A stretch of 64,000 bases of DNA from an uncultured Cytophagales bacterium (GTDB lineage: Bacteria; Bacteroidota; Bacteroidia; Cytophagales; UBA9547), in contig CAMFLX010000001.1 in assembly GCA_945957555.1 (NCBI GenBank), forward strand, positions 28,759-92,758. Direction: 5' to 3'. Shown here one piece after another: positions 17,417 to 27,264 of the stretch. A program made the translations under genes and the position numbers. Below the pieces are notes generated by a model. That model made no database searches and had not been told where the DNA came from. It saw only the letters and a list, made by a program, of their open reading frames with translations. The number at the start of each line of letters is the position of its first letter. Within the stretch, counting starts at the first letter, position 1.

Positions 17417-19933
17417 ATGAAAACTTTCTCTATCGTACTAATTTATTTGAACTTAAGCCTGTGTTCCCAAATCTTGGATGATTTTTCTTCTACCAAATTA
17501 GATACTTGGTTTGGCGATACCAATCTTTTTTCGGTTGAAAACGACATGCTCAGATCTTTGGGCCCAAACCTGCCAAATCAAACGCTCTTCATTTCCAAAA
17601 GCAATACCTTGAGAAATGAAACAAGTTGGCAGCTACACCTTGAACTAAAATTCAATCCTACCACTAGCAATTTTGTAAGGGTCTATTTGGCTGCCAATCG
17701 AGATTCTCTCACAAAACCTTTAAATGGCTACTTTGTTCAACTTGGTGAAACCAACAGTGATACCTTAGACTTCTACCTGCAAAGAGGCAATACGATCACT
17801 AAAATATTCACTGGTAAAACGGCTTTTGCCAACACTGTAAATTGCAACATCAAAATCGCAACTGATAAGAACGGGCTTTGGAGTTTTTGGATTGATCCGG
17901 GTAGTACTGGCAATTATTCACTGGAAGGGTCCATAGTGGAAAACAGTATTACAACATCACAATTCTTTGGGATCTATTGCCAATACGCAACAGCAAGCAG
18001 ATACAACCAATTTTTCTTTGATGATATAGAGGTCAAAAAAACAGTAAAAGATACACTTCCCCCTTATTTGCAGAATGTCTTAATGGTTAACGATTCCATA
18101 CTAAACATACGGTTTTCAGAAAAAGTAAGGAATCCGATAATAAACATCAATAACATATCGATTGATCAATTTCAGTATTGTAACATCGACAGCACCATTC
18201 TCTGTTTGAACAGCAATGCATCTTTTCTGAAAGGCAAGGAAAATAAAATCACCATTCAGTCTATAGAAGATTTATTAGGCAATATCAATATTAACCTCAA
18301 CAGTACATTTATATACCCAAGAAATCCTCTCAAAAACGAACTGGTCTTTACAGAACTTATGATAGACGAAAGCCCGAGCCAAGGCTTACCCGAAAAAGAA
18401 TACATAGAAATATACAATCTGAGCAACGATTATTTAACAAGTAGTCATTGCAGCATCTTTGATGGTACAAAGAACTACGTTTTCCCTCAAGCTATCTTGA
18501 ATCCCAAAACCTATTATTTGTTATGTGCCACAAGTAGTGTTAATGATTTTGGATCCATCCAGAATAAATTATCTTTATCCTCTTTCCCTAGCCTTACTAA
18601 TTCTGGTAAAATCTTACAAATTTTTTATGATTCCACTTTGGTAAACACTGTAGCATATACTGATAAATGGTGTAGCGACCCCCACAAATGCGAAGGTGGC
18701 TGGTCACTTGAAATTCAGGACTTGGATAATTTCTGTATGGGATCCGCGAATTGGACAATGTCTAAAGCCGCTACTGGAGGTACCCCTTCAGCTGTAAATT
18801 CTGTGAATACGGAATTAGTTGATAGTACACCTCCGCGGCTTATAAATATTGATGTTAAAAGTACTTCTCTCATTAATTTGAAATTTAGCGAAAACTTAAA
18901 CAGTTCGTCTGATTTCACCAAGAACATCTTTATTAGCGGTGTAAATATCTTAAATATAGATTCTAAGTTAATAGCTGAAGGGATACTTATTCTACAAATA
19001 AACAGCCTTGACACTAACAAAACTTATGAAATAAGTATTATTAATTTGCAAGACTGCGAAGGTAATATCAATCCAAAACAGGATACTTCTATTTTCATTT
19101 GCCCAAAACTTCAAACAGGAGATTTGTTGATTAATGAGGTACTTTTCGATGCTGTCAGCAATGGCGCAGAATATATTGAGGTTTATAATTCAAGCGACCA
19201 TACCATTAATCTAAACCAAGTGCGATTTGCAAAAGCTCCAAATAATTATAAATCAGTGACAGAACAGGATCTGTTTCTGTTGCCACATTCGTATTTTGTA
19301 CTTACAGACAACAAATCTTTTGTCGAATCACACTACAATGATGTACTAAAAGACCATGTATTAGAGCTAAAATCTTGGCTTTCCTTGAGCGACGACTCAG
19401 GAAGCATATACATCCAAAATTTGGACAGCACTATTATTGACAAGTTTCATTATGACAAAAATTTTCATAATCCATTGGTAAACAATCCTGATGGCGTCTC
19501 ACTGGAAAAAACAAATCCCAAGGCTTTCAGTAATAATCCAGTTCATTGGCAGTCTGCTTCTGCAACATCAGGTTTCGGTACTCCAACATTGGAAAATTCA
19601 CAAATGCTAAAGACAAAAAGTAAAAGCGCAACGCTTTCTACCAAAGTTATTTCACCGAATGGCGATGGTAGAGATGACTACTGTTTGATCAACCTTGAAA
19701 ACAGAAAGCAAGCGGAATTTGTCAATATTAGAATCATTGATTCTGAAGGCAAGATAATCAAAACTCTTGCTAAAAACCTGAGTATTTCTGCTGCGGGCGC
19801 CCAATTCACATGGGACGGCACCTTAGAAAATAACTCAAAAGCACCAATAGGAGCTTATCTGCTTCATATAGAAACCTATGCTTACGATTCTGAAGCTTCT
19901 TTTGAAATACACAATATTGCAGTCTTTGAATAA
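17417..19933 (+). CDS. secreted protein with two lamin-tail (LTD) domains and a CHU_C-type (T9SS type B-like) C-terminal domain
   Basis: Start moved to the ATG at 17417 (MKTFSIVLIYLNLSLCSQ). The LTD signatures are LVFTELMIDESP...EYIEIYN and LLINEVLFDAV...AEYIEVYN. The C-terminus has VISPNGDGRDDYCLI. Confidence 0.65.
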   Translation: MKTFSIVLIYLNLSLCSQILDDFSSTKLDTWFGDTNLFSVENDMLRSLGPNLPNQTLFISKSNTLRNETSWQLHLELKFNPTTSNFVRVYLAANRDSLTKPLNGYFVQLGETNSDTLDFYLQRGNTITKIFTGKTAFANTVNCNIKIATDKNGLWSFWIDPGSTGNYSLEGSIVENSITTSQFFGIYCQYATASRYNQFFFDDIEVKKTVKDTLPPYLQNVLMVNDSILNIRFSEKVRNPIININNISIDQFQYCNIDSTILCLNSNASFLKGKENKITIQSIEDLLGNININLNSTFIYPRNPLKNELVFTELMIDESPSQGLPEKEYIEIYNLSNDYLTSSHCSIFDGTKNYVFPQAILNPKTYYLLCATSSVNDFGSIQNKLSLSSFPSLTNSGKILQIFYDSTLVNTVAYTDKWCSDPHKCEGGWSLEIQDLDNFCMGSANWTMSKAATGGTPSAVNSVNTELVDSTPPRLINIDVKSTSLINLKFSENLNSSSDFTKNIFISGVNILNIDSKLIAEGILILQINSLDTNKTYEISIINLQDCEGNINPKQDTSIFICPKLQTGDLLINEVLFDAVSNGAEYIEVYNSSDHTINLNQVRFAKAPNNYKSVTEQDLFLLPHSYFVLTDNKSFVESHYNDVLKDHVLELKSWLSLSDDSGSIYIQNLDSTIIDKFHYDKNFHNPLVNNPDGVSLEKTNPKAFSNNPVHWQSASATSGFGTPTLENSQMLKTKSKSATLSTKVISPNGDGRDDYCLINLENRKQAEFVNIRIIDSEGKIIKTLAKNLSISAAGAQFTWDGTLENNSKAPIGAYLLHIETYAYDSEASFEIHNIAVFE

Positions 19934-19992
19934 CAACAATAATTTTGGCGTTTGCCATCATTGGACCTTTATTTGCATCAGAACACAATGAT

Positions 19993-20445
19993 ATGTTAAA
20001 ATTCAAATCAGAAATACTCACTGCGTGTATTGATACCGTAAAAGAAAAAATAGATGTCGCAGAAAAGGAATTGCAAAAACTTGATAGCTCACAAGCATCG
20101 GAAACCAAAAGTAGCATGGGGGATAAGTATGAAACCTCACGGGAAATGATGCAAAGAGAGCGAGATACTTTAAACGCTAACTTACAAAACAACAAAACCC
20201 TTTTGAGCCAACTGCTTCATATTGACTTGACGAAAACCTTTAACAAAGCAGAAATAGGCAGTTTGATTGAGACTGAGCAAGGTTATTATTTTGTATCTGT
20301 TGGTTTGGGTAAGGTTACTGTAAATGATCAGACTGTTTTTGTGATTTCAGCACTTTCGCCAATAGGCAAACTTTTGGTAGGTAATAGTAAAGGTAACGTT
20401 GTGATTTTTAATGGACAGAAACTGACGTTAAGAGAAATATCATAA
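19993..20445 (+). CDS. hypothetical protein with a coiled-coil N-terminus and a GreA/GreB C-terminal-like domain
   Basis: ATG at 19993 (MLKFKSEIL...). The C-terminal segment VISALSPIGKLLVGNSKGNVVIFNGQKLTLREI resembles the GreA C-terminal fold. Confidence 0.35.
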   Translation: MLKFKSEILTACIDTVKEKIDVAEKELQKLDSSQASETKSSMGDKYETSREMMQRERDTLNANLQNNKTLLSQLLHIDLTKTFNKAEIGSLIETEQGYYFVSVGLGKVTVNDQTVFVISALSPIGKLLVGNSKGNVVIFNGQKLTLREIS

Positions 20446-20449
20446 AAAA

Positions 20450-20478
20450 GGCGCTTGAGTTTTCAAGCGCCCCTTTTT
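20450..20478. terminator. bidirectional intrinsic terminator
   Basis: GGCGCTTGA pairs with TCAAGCGCC around a GTTT loop, flanked by A6 upstream and CCTTTTT downstream. Confidence 0.8.
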
Positions 20479-20486
20479 ATAAAATA

Positions 20487-21356
20487 TTATATTCCATGTT
20501 TTAAAATATCAAGCAGATACTTTCCATAACCACTCTTTACCAGCGGTGCCGCGATCTTTTCCAACTGCGCAGCATTGATAAAGTTCATTCTATAAGCTAC
20601 CTCCTCGATACATCCCACTTTTAATCCTTGGCGCTCTTCTATTACCTGAACAAACTGTCCAGCCTGCATGAGCGAGGCATGCGTACCGGTATCTAGCCAA
20701 GCAGTACCCCTGTTCAAAATTCTGACTTCCAGTTTACCTTTTTCAAGGTACCATTTGTTTACATCTGTGATCTCTAGTTCTCCTCTCGGACTTGGCTTAA
20801 TGCTCTTAGCAATATTCACAACATCGTTGTCATAATAATACAAGCCGGGTACCGCAAAGTTTGATTTTGGAGCCACAGGTTTTTCCTCTATGGACAAGGC
20901 TTTTAATTCTTTGTCAAATTCCACTACACCATAGCGCTCAGGATCAGTAACATGGTAAGCGAAAACAATACCTCCATCGGGATCATTTGCACTTTGTAAG
21001 GTTTTGGTAAGTCCTGACCCGTAGAAGATGTTATCACCTAATATCAAACCAACTTTATCTTTACCAATAAATTTCTCACCTATGATAAACGCTTGTGCAA
21101 GCCCATCAGGACTTGGTTGTTCTGCATACGAAAAACTACACCCAAACTCAGAACCATCACCCAAAAGTTTCTTGAAATTGGGCAGATCGTGAGGTGTTGA
21201 TATAATAAGTATTTCATTAATCCCACTCATCATTAATACCGACAATGGGTAGTAGATCATTGGCTTGTCGTATACAGGCATCATTTGCTTACTCATAGCC
21301 AATGTAAGTGGATGCAACCTTGTACCGGATCCTCCTGCTAAAATTATTCCTTTCAT
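20487..21356 (-). CDS. rfbA: glucose-1-phosphate thymidylyltransferase
   Basis: [26 protein letters not shown] and [10 protein letters not shown] are canonical RmlA motifs. Confidence 0.93.
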   Translation of the reverse strand: MKGIILAGGSGTRLHPLTLAMSKQMMPVYDKPMIYYPLSVLMMSGINEILIISTPHDLPNFKKLLGDGSEFGCSFSYAEQPSPDGLAQAFIIGEKFIGKDKVGLILGDNIFYGSGLTKTLQSANDPDGGIVFAYHVTDPERYGVVEFDKELKALSIEEKPVAPKSNFAVPGLYYYDNDVVNIAKSIKPSPRGELEITDVNKWYLEKGKLEVRILNRGTAWLDTGTHASLMQAGQFVQVIEERQGLKVGCIEEVAYRMNFINAAQLEKIAAPLVKSGYGKYLLDILKHGI

Positions 21357-21390
21357 GATTTTAATTTAATATGGGTCCTTTCCCAATTTC

Positions 21391-22386
21391 TTACAGTAAA
21401 TTTTGCTGATTGGCCAAAAACCAATCAAAAGTATGTTTTAAGCCTTCCTTTACGAATACCGTAGGTGAATAGTTTAAATCCCTCTGTGCTTTTGATATAT
21501 TTGCCAAGCTGTCTCTGATCTCACCAGGCCTCATTTCACTATATTTTGCTTCCAATCTGGAGCCTGTTACTTCTTTCAGATAACAAAAAAGTTCGTTTAC
21601 CGAAGTCTTATATCCGGCTGCAATGTTATAAACTTCACCAAACGTTATATCGTCTGCAAATAATGCTTTGATGTTCGCCTGTACAGCATTGTCAATATAC
21701 GTAAAATCCCTAGCCTGCTCCCCATCTCCGTAAATATTGGGTTGTTGATCAGTAAGTATCGCTTTGATAAATCGCGGAATCAGTGCCGCATATTCTCCTT
21801 CCGGACTTTGGTTCGGGCCAAAGATATTAAAATATCTTAAGCCAATAGTTTGCAAACCATAATTTTTATAGAAAACATTAGCATAGAGCTCATTCGCTTT
21901 TTTGGTCACTGCATACGGAGATAAGGGAACCCCTACACGATCTTCTACCTTGGGAAGGCTCATATCGCTTCCATAAACTGAAGAGGAAGAAGCATATACA
22001 AATCTTTTTACTTTGTTTTCTTTCGAGGCATACAACATATTCAAAAAGCCATCGATGTTGACTTCATTAGTTGTTATGGGATCATTAATACTACGAGGCA
22101 CCGAACCCAATGCCGCTTGGTGCAAGACATAATTAACGTTTTTCGTTGCTTTTAAACAAACCTCCTTATCTCTTATGTCTCCATTTATAAATGAAATAGA
22201 ATTACTCCCACTATGTTCCGAGATGTTTTTCTGAAAGCCTGTGGCAAGGTTGTCCAGTACAATAATTTCACCAGCCTTATTTTCCACCAAATAATTTACT
22301 ATGTTGGATCCAATAAAACCCGCACCTCCTGTTACCAAAAAACTATACTTTGACAAATCGCTGTCGTGAAATTTTTTGTCAGCCAA
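21391..22386 (-). CDS. NAD-dependent nucleotide-sugar epimerase (extended SDR, WbpP/TviC-like)
   Basis: TTG start. It has VTGGAGFIGSN, a SPYAVTKKANE catalytic YxxxK region and 331 aa. Confidence 0.8.
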   Translation of the reverse strand: MADKKFHDSDLSKYSFLVTGGAGFIGSNIVNYLVENKAGEIIVLDNLATGFQKNISEHSGSNSISFINGDIRDKEVCLKATKNVNYVLHQAALGSVPRSINDPITTNEVNIDGFLNMLYASKENKVKRFVYASSSSVYGSDMSLPKVEDRVGVPLSPYAVTKKANELYANVFYKNYGLQTIGLRYFNIFGPNQSPEGEYAALIPRFIKAILTDQQPNIYGDGEQARDFTYIDNAVQANIKALFADDITFGEVYNIAAGYKTSVNELFCYLKEVTGSRLEAKYSEMRPGEIRDSLANISKAQRDLNYSPTVFVKEGLKHTFDWFLANQQNLL

Positions 22387-22397
22387 ATTTTTAAAAT

Positions 22398-22405
22398 TAT
22401 ATTTG
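22398..22405 (+). promoter_or_regulatory. candidate -7 box TATATTTG
   Basis: Matches TAnnTTTG, 36 nt upstream of the TTG start at 22442. Confidence 0.25.
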
Positions 22406-22441
22406 GTAAAATTATTAATTTGTATTTAAAATAAAACAGTC

Positions 22442-22870
22442 TTGCTATCAAAAAAAGCAAAATATGCACTAAAAGCCGTTTTGTATCTTACAAAACACGA
22501 TTCTCGGTATATTCAAATTGGGGAAATAGCCATATCAGAGCGAATGCCCCAAAAGTTTCTTGAAGCCATATTGCTTGAACTTAAGAAGCAAGGTTTTTTG
22601 GACAGCCAACGTGGTAAAAATGGCGGTTATTCATTAGCCAAAAGTCCAAAAGATATATCTATCGGCGATATAGTAAGATACATTGATGGTGGGTTAGCAC
22701 CTGTAGCATGTGTGAGTAAGCTTTACTACGAAAAATGTAAGGAATGTACAGACGAAACCACTTGTGAGATTAGAAAAGCTATGAAAAAAGTGAGGGATGC
22801 TATCGTTGAGGTAATGGACCGAACCTCTCTCATTGATGCGATAAATGATGCATCTATAATGGAACTATAA
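22442..22870 (+). CDS. Rrf2-family transcriptional regulator
   Basis: LSKKAKYALKAVLYL..., a wHTH segment (PQKFLEAILLELKKQGFLDSQRGKNGGYSLA) and a four-Cys cluster C-x8-C-x2-C-x5-C. Confidence 0.85.
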   Translation: MLSKKAKYALKAVLYLTKHDSRYIQIGEIAISERMPQKFLEAILLELKKQGFLDSQRGKNGGYSLAKSPKDISIGDIVRYIDGGLAPVACVSKLYYEKCKECTDETTCEIRKAMKKVRDAIVEVMDRTSLIDAINDASIMEL

Positions 22871-22984
22871 TTACCAAAACATAAACTATTCCCAAAACTA
22901 TTTAAGTAGCATATTCGAATTTATTTTTGATATTTTATTTGTCCCCTAAAATAATAGAGATTAGATTTGCACCATATTACAACT

Positions 22985-23716
22985 ATGTATAAGTCTCTTT
23001 CAGTCATTTTATTTCTTTTACTTTGTCAAGCTCTTTTTAGCCAAAGCAAAGTCACTACTCATAAAAACGAAAATTGGACTCAGGTGTATCTCAATGTAAG
23101 ATTAGCCAAAAGATGGGGTATAGCAGGTGATGTTGGGTATAGGTTTAAAAATGTTTTTGAAAGTAAAACCCAAACCCTAGTTAGAGTGGCTGGTGTTTAT
23201 TATTTTAACAATAACGTCTCATTTTCAGTGGGGATATCGTATTTCAGAAGTAATCCCCTAGAAGGTTTTGCAGTACCTGAGATACGACCGCACCAGAGGC
23301 TTTTTGTAAACAGTGTTAAAGGTAAATTTAGCATTTCACAAAGATATCGACTCGAGGAACGATTTATAAGAAAAAGCCTTCAAGATTCTTTACTAGAAGG
23401 TTACAGGTACAACTACAGATTTGGATATCAACTAAATGTTCAGTTTCCCATCAAAGGTAAGACCATTGAACCAAGAAAATTATTTGTGAATATTTATGAT
23501 GAGATCTTTGTAAATTTTGGGAAACAGATCGTCTACAACCAATTTGACCAAAACAGAATATTTATTGGTATGGGCTACCAATTTACAAAAAATGCCAATA
23601 TGATTATTGGCTATCAATATATATGGCAACAAACAAGTTCGGGAAATAAATTTAACGCTATAGATTGTGCTAGAGTAACCTTTAGCTATAACATTGATGC
23701 AAGAAAAGATAATTAA
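22985..23716 (+). CDS. DUF2490-like outer-membrane protein
   Basis: ATG at 22985 gives the signal peptide MYKSLSVILFLLLCQALFSQ. It has ENWTQVYLNVRL... and repeated aromatic beta-strand patterns. Confidence 0.5.
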   Translation: MYKSLSVILFLLLCQALFSQSKVTTHKNENWTQVYLNVRLAKRWGIAGDVGYRFKNVFESKTQTLVRVAGVYYFNNNVSFSVGISYFRSNPLEGFAVPEIRPHQRLFVNSVKGKFSISQRYRLEERFIRKSLQDSLLEGYRYNYRFGYQLNVQFPIKGKTIEPRKLFVNIYDEIFVNFGKQIVYNQFDQNRIFIGMGYQFTKNANMIIGYQYIWQQTSSGNKFNAIDCARVTFSYNIDARKDN

Positions 23717-23723
23717 CAATAAC

Positions 23724-24773
23724 ATGTCACAAGAAGAGATTGAAAAGTTAGAAGGAAGTGTTGCTCAACCTGAAATTCAGGAAAAGCTCATAGATGAGAT
23801 TAATAACGAAAACCAAAAAAGTCCAATTATTAAGTTTTTAGTAATTGGTTTAGCTATAATATTAGTCATTGCATTTACAATCACTTGGCTATTTACCACT
23901 GCTACAGACCAAACTAAAACACAAACGTTAGCCTTTTTGTCAAGCTTTTTTGACAAAGATCTTCTTAAATATTTATTTGTTGGTCTAGTAGCACAAATGG
24001 TGGATGGGGCTCTTGGAATGGCTTATGGCGCCACAGCTACAGCATTCTTAGCCAGCATAGGAGTAAGTGCCACACAAAGTAGTGCTAGTATCCATATTTC
24101 TGAGGTGTTTACTACTGGGGCTTCGGGTATATCACATTTCAAACTTGGAAACGTAAACAAAAAATTGTTTAACAACTTAGTAATACCTGGAATAATAGGA
24201 GCAATTCTTGGCGCTGCCATACTTTGTTTATTAGAGCATGGTGAGATTCTTACTGAAGATCAAATAAAAATGTACCTCCGTCCTCTAACAACCCTTTATA
24301 CATTAGTGCTTGGAATACTAATTTTAAGAAAAGCTATGATGAAGGTAATCCCTAAACGAAAAATCAAGAAAATTGCACCATTAGCAATATTCGGTGCTTT
24401 TATGGATAGTATTGGCGGTGGTGGTTGGGGCCCTATCGTTACATCTACATTGTTGAGCAGCGGTAGATCTATTAAATATACAATTGGCTCTGTAAATACA
24501 GCCGAATTTTTCGTAGCGCTGGCAAGCTCCATTACCTTTACCATATTTGTAGGTGTTGAACCTGGTCTTTGGAAAGTGATTTTTGGTTTAGTCGTAGGTG
24601 GAGTTTTTGCTGCGCCTTTCGCCGCAATATTGGTAAGCCGACTCAAACGCAGACCATTAATGGCTTTTGTAGGTGCTTTTATTATTTTCTTAAGCATTAG
24701 TACTTTTCTTAAGATCTTTTACAAAATAGATTTGTTTAAAAATGCAGCACACGCCATAACAAATTTATTTTAA
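23724..24773 (+). CDS. TauE/SafE-family anion exporter
   Basis: ATG at 23724. It has multiple TM segments with VDGALGMAYGA and GGGGWGPIV, typical of TauE/SafE (DUF81). Confidence 0.7.
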   Translation: MSQEEIEKLEGSVAQPEIQEKLIDEINNENQKSPIIKFLVIGLAIILVIAFTITWLFTTATDQTKTQTLAFLSSFFDKDLLKYLFVGLVAQMVDGALGMAYGATATAFLASIGVSATQSSASIHISEVFTTGASGISHFKLGNVNKKLFNNLVIPGIIGAILGAAILCLLEHGEILTEDQIKMYLRPLTTLYTLVLGILILRKAMMKVIPKRKIKKIAPLAIFGAFMDSIGGGGWGPIVTSTLLSSGRSIKYTIGSVNTAEFFVALASSITFTIFVGVEPGLWKVIFGLVVGGVFAAPFAAILVSRLKRRPLMAFVGAFIIFLSISTFLKIFYKIDLFKNAAHAITNLF

Positions 24774-24877
24774 TGAACTTTCTCTTTGTCAAACATACCA
24801 AAGGAATTCATAAACACATTAATCATTTTATTTAAATCGAATTCTTTATTTCTTTGTAAAAGAACTCTTTTAAAAAA

Positions 24878-25912
24878 ATGCTAAAAATTCTTTGTGTTGG
24901 ACCAATCTGGAGGGGCAGTAATGCTAAAGGCATGTTTGATGCGCTTTCAAGAATAGGAAATATCATCAATATTGTAGACGAAAATTATTACATTAACCTT
25001 TCTCAAAAATCTTTCTTTGCAAAAGCCTTAGCAAAAATATCAAGACCAATTCAGATCACCGAATTTAACAACGCCATACTACACCAAGCCCATTTGTTAA
25101 AGCCAGATGTCGTATTAATATACAAAGGCGCTTTTGTAAAGCCGGAGACGGTACACCTGCTCAAACAGAAGTACACCGTTGTAAACTTCTATCCCGATGT
25201 AAGTTTTAGAACGCATGGAGGTTTACTTCCCAAAACTTTACCACTCTACCATCACATATTTACTACAAAAACCTTTGGTATTAATGACTTGAGGGAGCAA
25301 TTTGGTTACAATAACTCTACGTTCATACCACATGGATATGACCCAACTTTACATAGGCCATTAGAGGTACCAGAAAATTTAAAATCGTTTTTAGACTGTG
25401 ACGTTTCTTTTATTGGTGGATGGTCAGCAAAAAAAGAGGAATTGGTCTCCGAAGTTAAAGATCAAAACCCAGCAATTAATTTAAAAATATGGGGCGGGCA
25501 ATGGCAAAATACTATGAGTAATAACATTAAAAGTGACATACAACATACAGGAATTCATGGAGATGTATATGTTCTTGGAATAAATGCATCCAAAATAAAC
25601 TTGGGAATTGTCCATGAGAAGGTTACGGGTGCTTCTAGTGGTGATTTTATTACTTCTAGGACATTTCACATTCCTGGTAGTGGTGGTTTCATGATACATG
25701 AATACAACGAAGAATCTATTCTCTATTTTAAAGAAAATGAGGAGGTCGTCTTCTATAAAGATAAAAACGATCTTGCGGAAAAAGTCAAGTATTACATAAA
25801 CCATGAAAACGAAAGGGAACTGATTCGTAAGGCTGGCCATGTGAGAGCTGTTAATGATCATAGTCTAGACAAAAGGGCGCAAAGCGTTGTTGCTGTCATC
25901 AAAAAAATGTAA
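24878..25912 (+). CDS. CgeB-like glycosyltransferase (Glyco_trans_1_2-type C-terminus)
   Basis: 344 aa. The C-terminal segment SRTFHIPGSGGFMIHEYNEE...FYKDKNDLAEKVKYYINHENERELIRKAG resembles CgeB-family proteins. Confidence 0.55.
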   Translation: MLKILCVGPIWRGSNAKGMFDALSRIGNIINIVDENYYINLSQKSFFAKALAKISRPIQITEFNNAILHQAHLLKPDVVLIYKGAFVKPETVHLLKQKYTVVNFYPDVSFRTHGGLLPKTLPLYHHIFTTKTFGINDLREQFGYNNSTFIPHGYDPTLHRPLEVPENLKSFLDCDVSFIGGWSAKKEELVSEVKDQNPAINLKIWGGQWQNTMSNNIKSDIQHTGIHGDVYVLGINASKINLGIVHEKVTGASSGDFITSRTFHIPGSGGFMIHEYNEESILYFKENEEVVFYKDKNDLAEKVKYYINHENERELIRKAGHVRAVNDHSLDKRAQSVVAVIKKM

Positions 25913-25923
25913 TTACTTTTTAT

Positions 25924-27264
25924 ATGAATGAATCCATAAATAATAAAAGGTTTACAATCTTAGGTGGTGGCCTAGTTGGTTCGCTTTTAAGTATATATCT
26001 CAGAAAAAGACACATAGATGTTCAAGTGTTCGAAAAACGAGGAGATATCAGAGCAAATAAAGAAGAAAAAGGTCGTTCTATCAACATGGCACTTAGCGAT
26101 AGAGGTTGGTTGGCCTTAGACAAAATAGGTTTAATACCTAAAGTTAAGCAACATGCTATTCCCATGTATGGTAGAATGATTCATCAAGTTAATGGCGAAC
26201 AAACATTTCAAGCCTATGGTGAACAAAACCAAGCTATATATTCCATTTCAAGAAATTTATTGACACAAATCCTTGTCGAAGAAAGCATTTCTTTGGGTAC
26301 ACACTACTCATTTAACCAAAAATGTACCAATATTGATCTAAAACAGAAGCAACTAATATTTCAAGAAGACAATATAGACTCTTTATATAAACATGGCTAT
26401 GATGTATTAATCGGTACCGATGGTGCTTTTTCAGAAGTGCGGTTGGCACTAACAAAGACCGATCGTTTCGACTATGAACAGTTTTACCTACATCATGGTT
26501 ATAAAGAACTTAATATACCTGCTCTTGAAAATGGCTCTCACAAATTGGAGAAACATGCCTTACACATCTGGCCAAGGGGGCATTTTATGCTTATTGCATT
26601 GCCCAACATGGATGGAAGTTTTACTTGTACTTTATTTTTACCTTTTGAAGGGATAGACTCCTTCCAAAGCATTACAAATGATCAAGACCTCTTTGCCTTT
26701 TTCTCAAAAAATTTCTCTGATGCTATTGACTTAATGCCGACTTTATTGACGGATTATTTCCATAATCCGACTTCTTCTCTAATGAATGTAAAATGTAAAC
26801 CTTGGAGTTATCAAGACTCAGTTTTATTAATGGGGGACGCCGCACATTCGATCGTTCCTTTTTATGGTCAAGGTATGAATGCCGGATTTGAAGACGTACG
26901 CATTTTTGGAGAGATGTTAGAGAACTCAAACAATGATTTACTTGGATTATTTGAAAAATTTCAATCGTCTAGAAAGCCCAATACAGACGCCATCTCACAA
27001 ATGGCTATTGATAATTTTGCAGAAATGAGGGATAAAGTCGGTGATCAAAAATTCCAATTGAAGAAAAAAATAGACGCTTTTTTACATGAGAGGTACCGGG
27101 AAAAATGGATTCCACAATATTCATTGGTGACCTTTTCACCGCACATTTCTTACTCAGAGGCATTGCGAATAGGAGAAAAACAGTCCAAGATTCTAGATAA
27201 GATTTTGGAAATAGATGATATAGAAAAGAAATGGCAAAACATTGATTATTTTGACTATTTATAG
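25924..27264 (+). CDS. kmo: kynurenine 3-monooxygenase (FAD-dependent)
   Basis: ILGGGLVGSLLSIYL dinucleotide fold, GRSINMALSDRG and LMGDAAHSIVPFYGQGMNAGFEDV are KMO signatures. Confidence 0.85.
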   Translation: MNESINNKRFTILGGGLVGSLLSIYLRKRHIDVQVFEKRGDIRANKEEKGRSINMALSDRGWLALDKIGLIPKVKQHAIPMYGRMIHQVNGEQTFQAYGEQNQAIYSISRNLLTQILVEESISLGTHYSFNQKCTNIDLKQKQLIFQEDNIDSLYKHGYDVLIGTDGAFSEVRLALTKTDRFDYEQFYLHHGYKELNIPALENGSHKLEKHALHIWPRGHFMLIALPNMDGSFTCTLFLPFEGIDSFQSITNDQDLFAFFSKNFSDAIDLMPTLLTDYFHNPTSSLMNVKCKPWSYQDSVLLMGDAAHSIVPFYGQGMNAGFEDVRIFGEMLENSNNDLLGLFEKFQSSRKPNTDAISQMAIDNFAEMRDKVGDQKFQLKKKIDAFLHERYREKWIPQYSLVTFSPHISYSEALRIGEKQSKILDKILEIDDIEKKWQNIDYFDYL

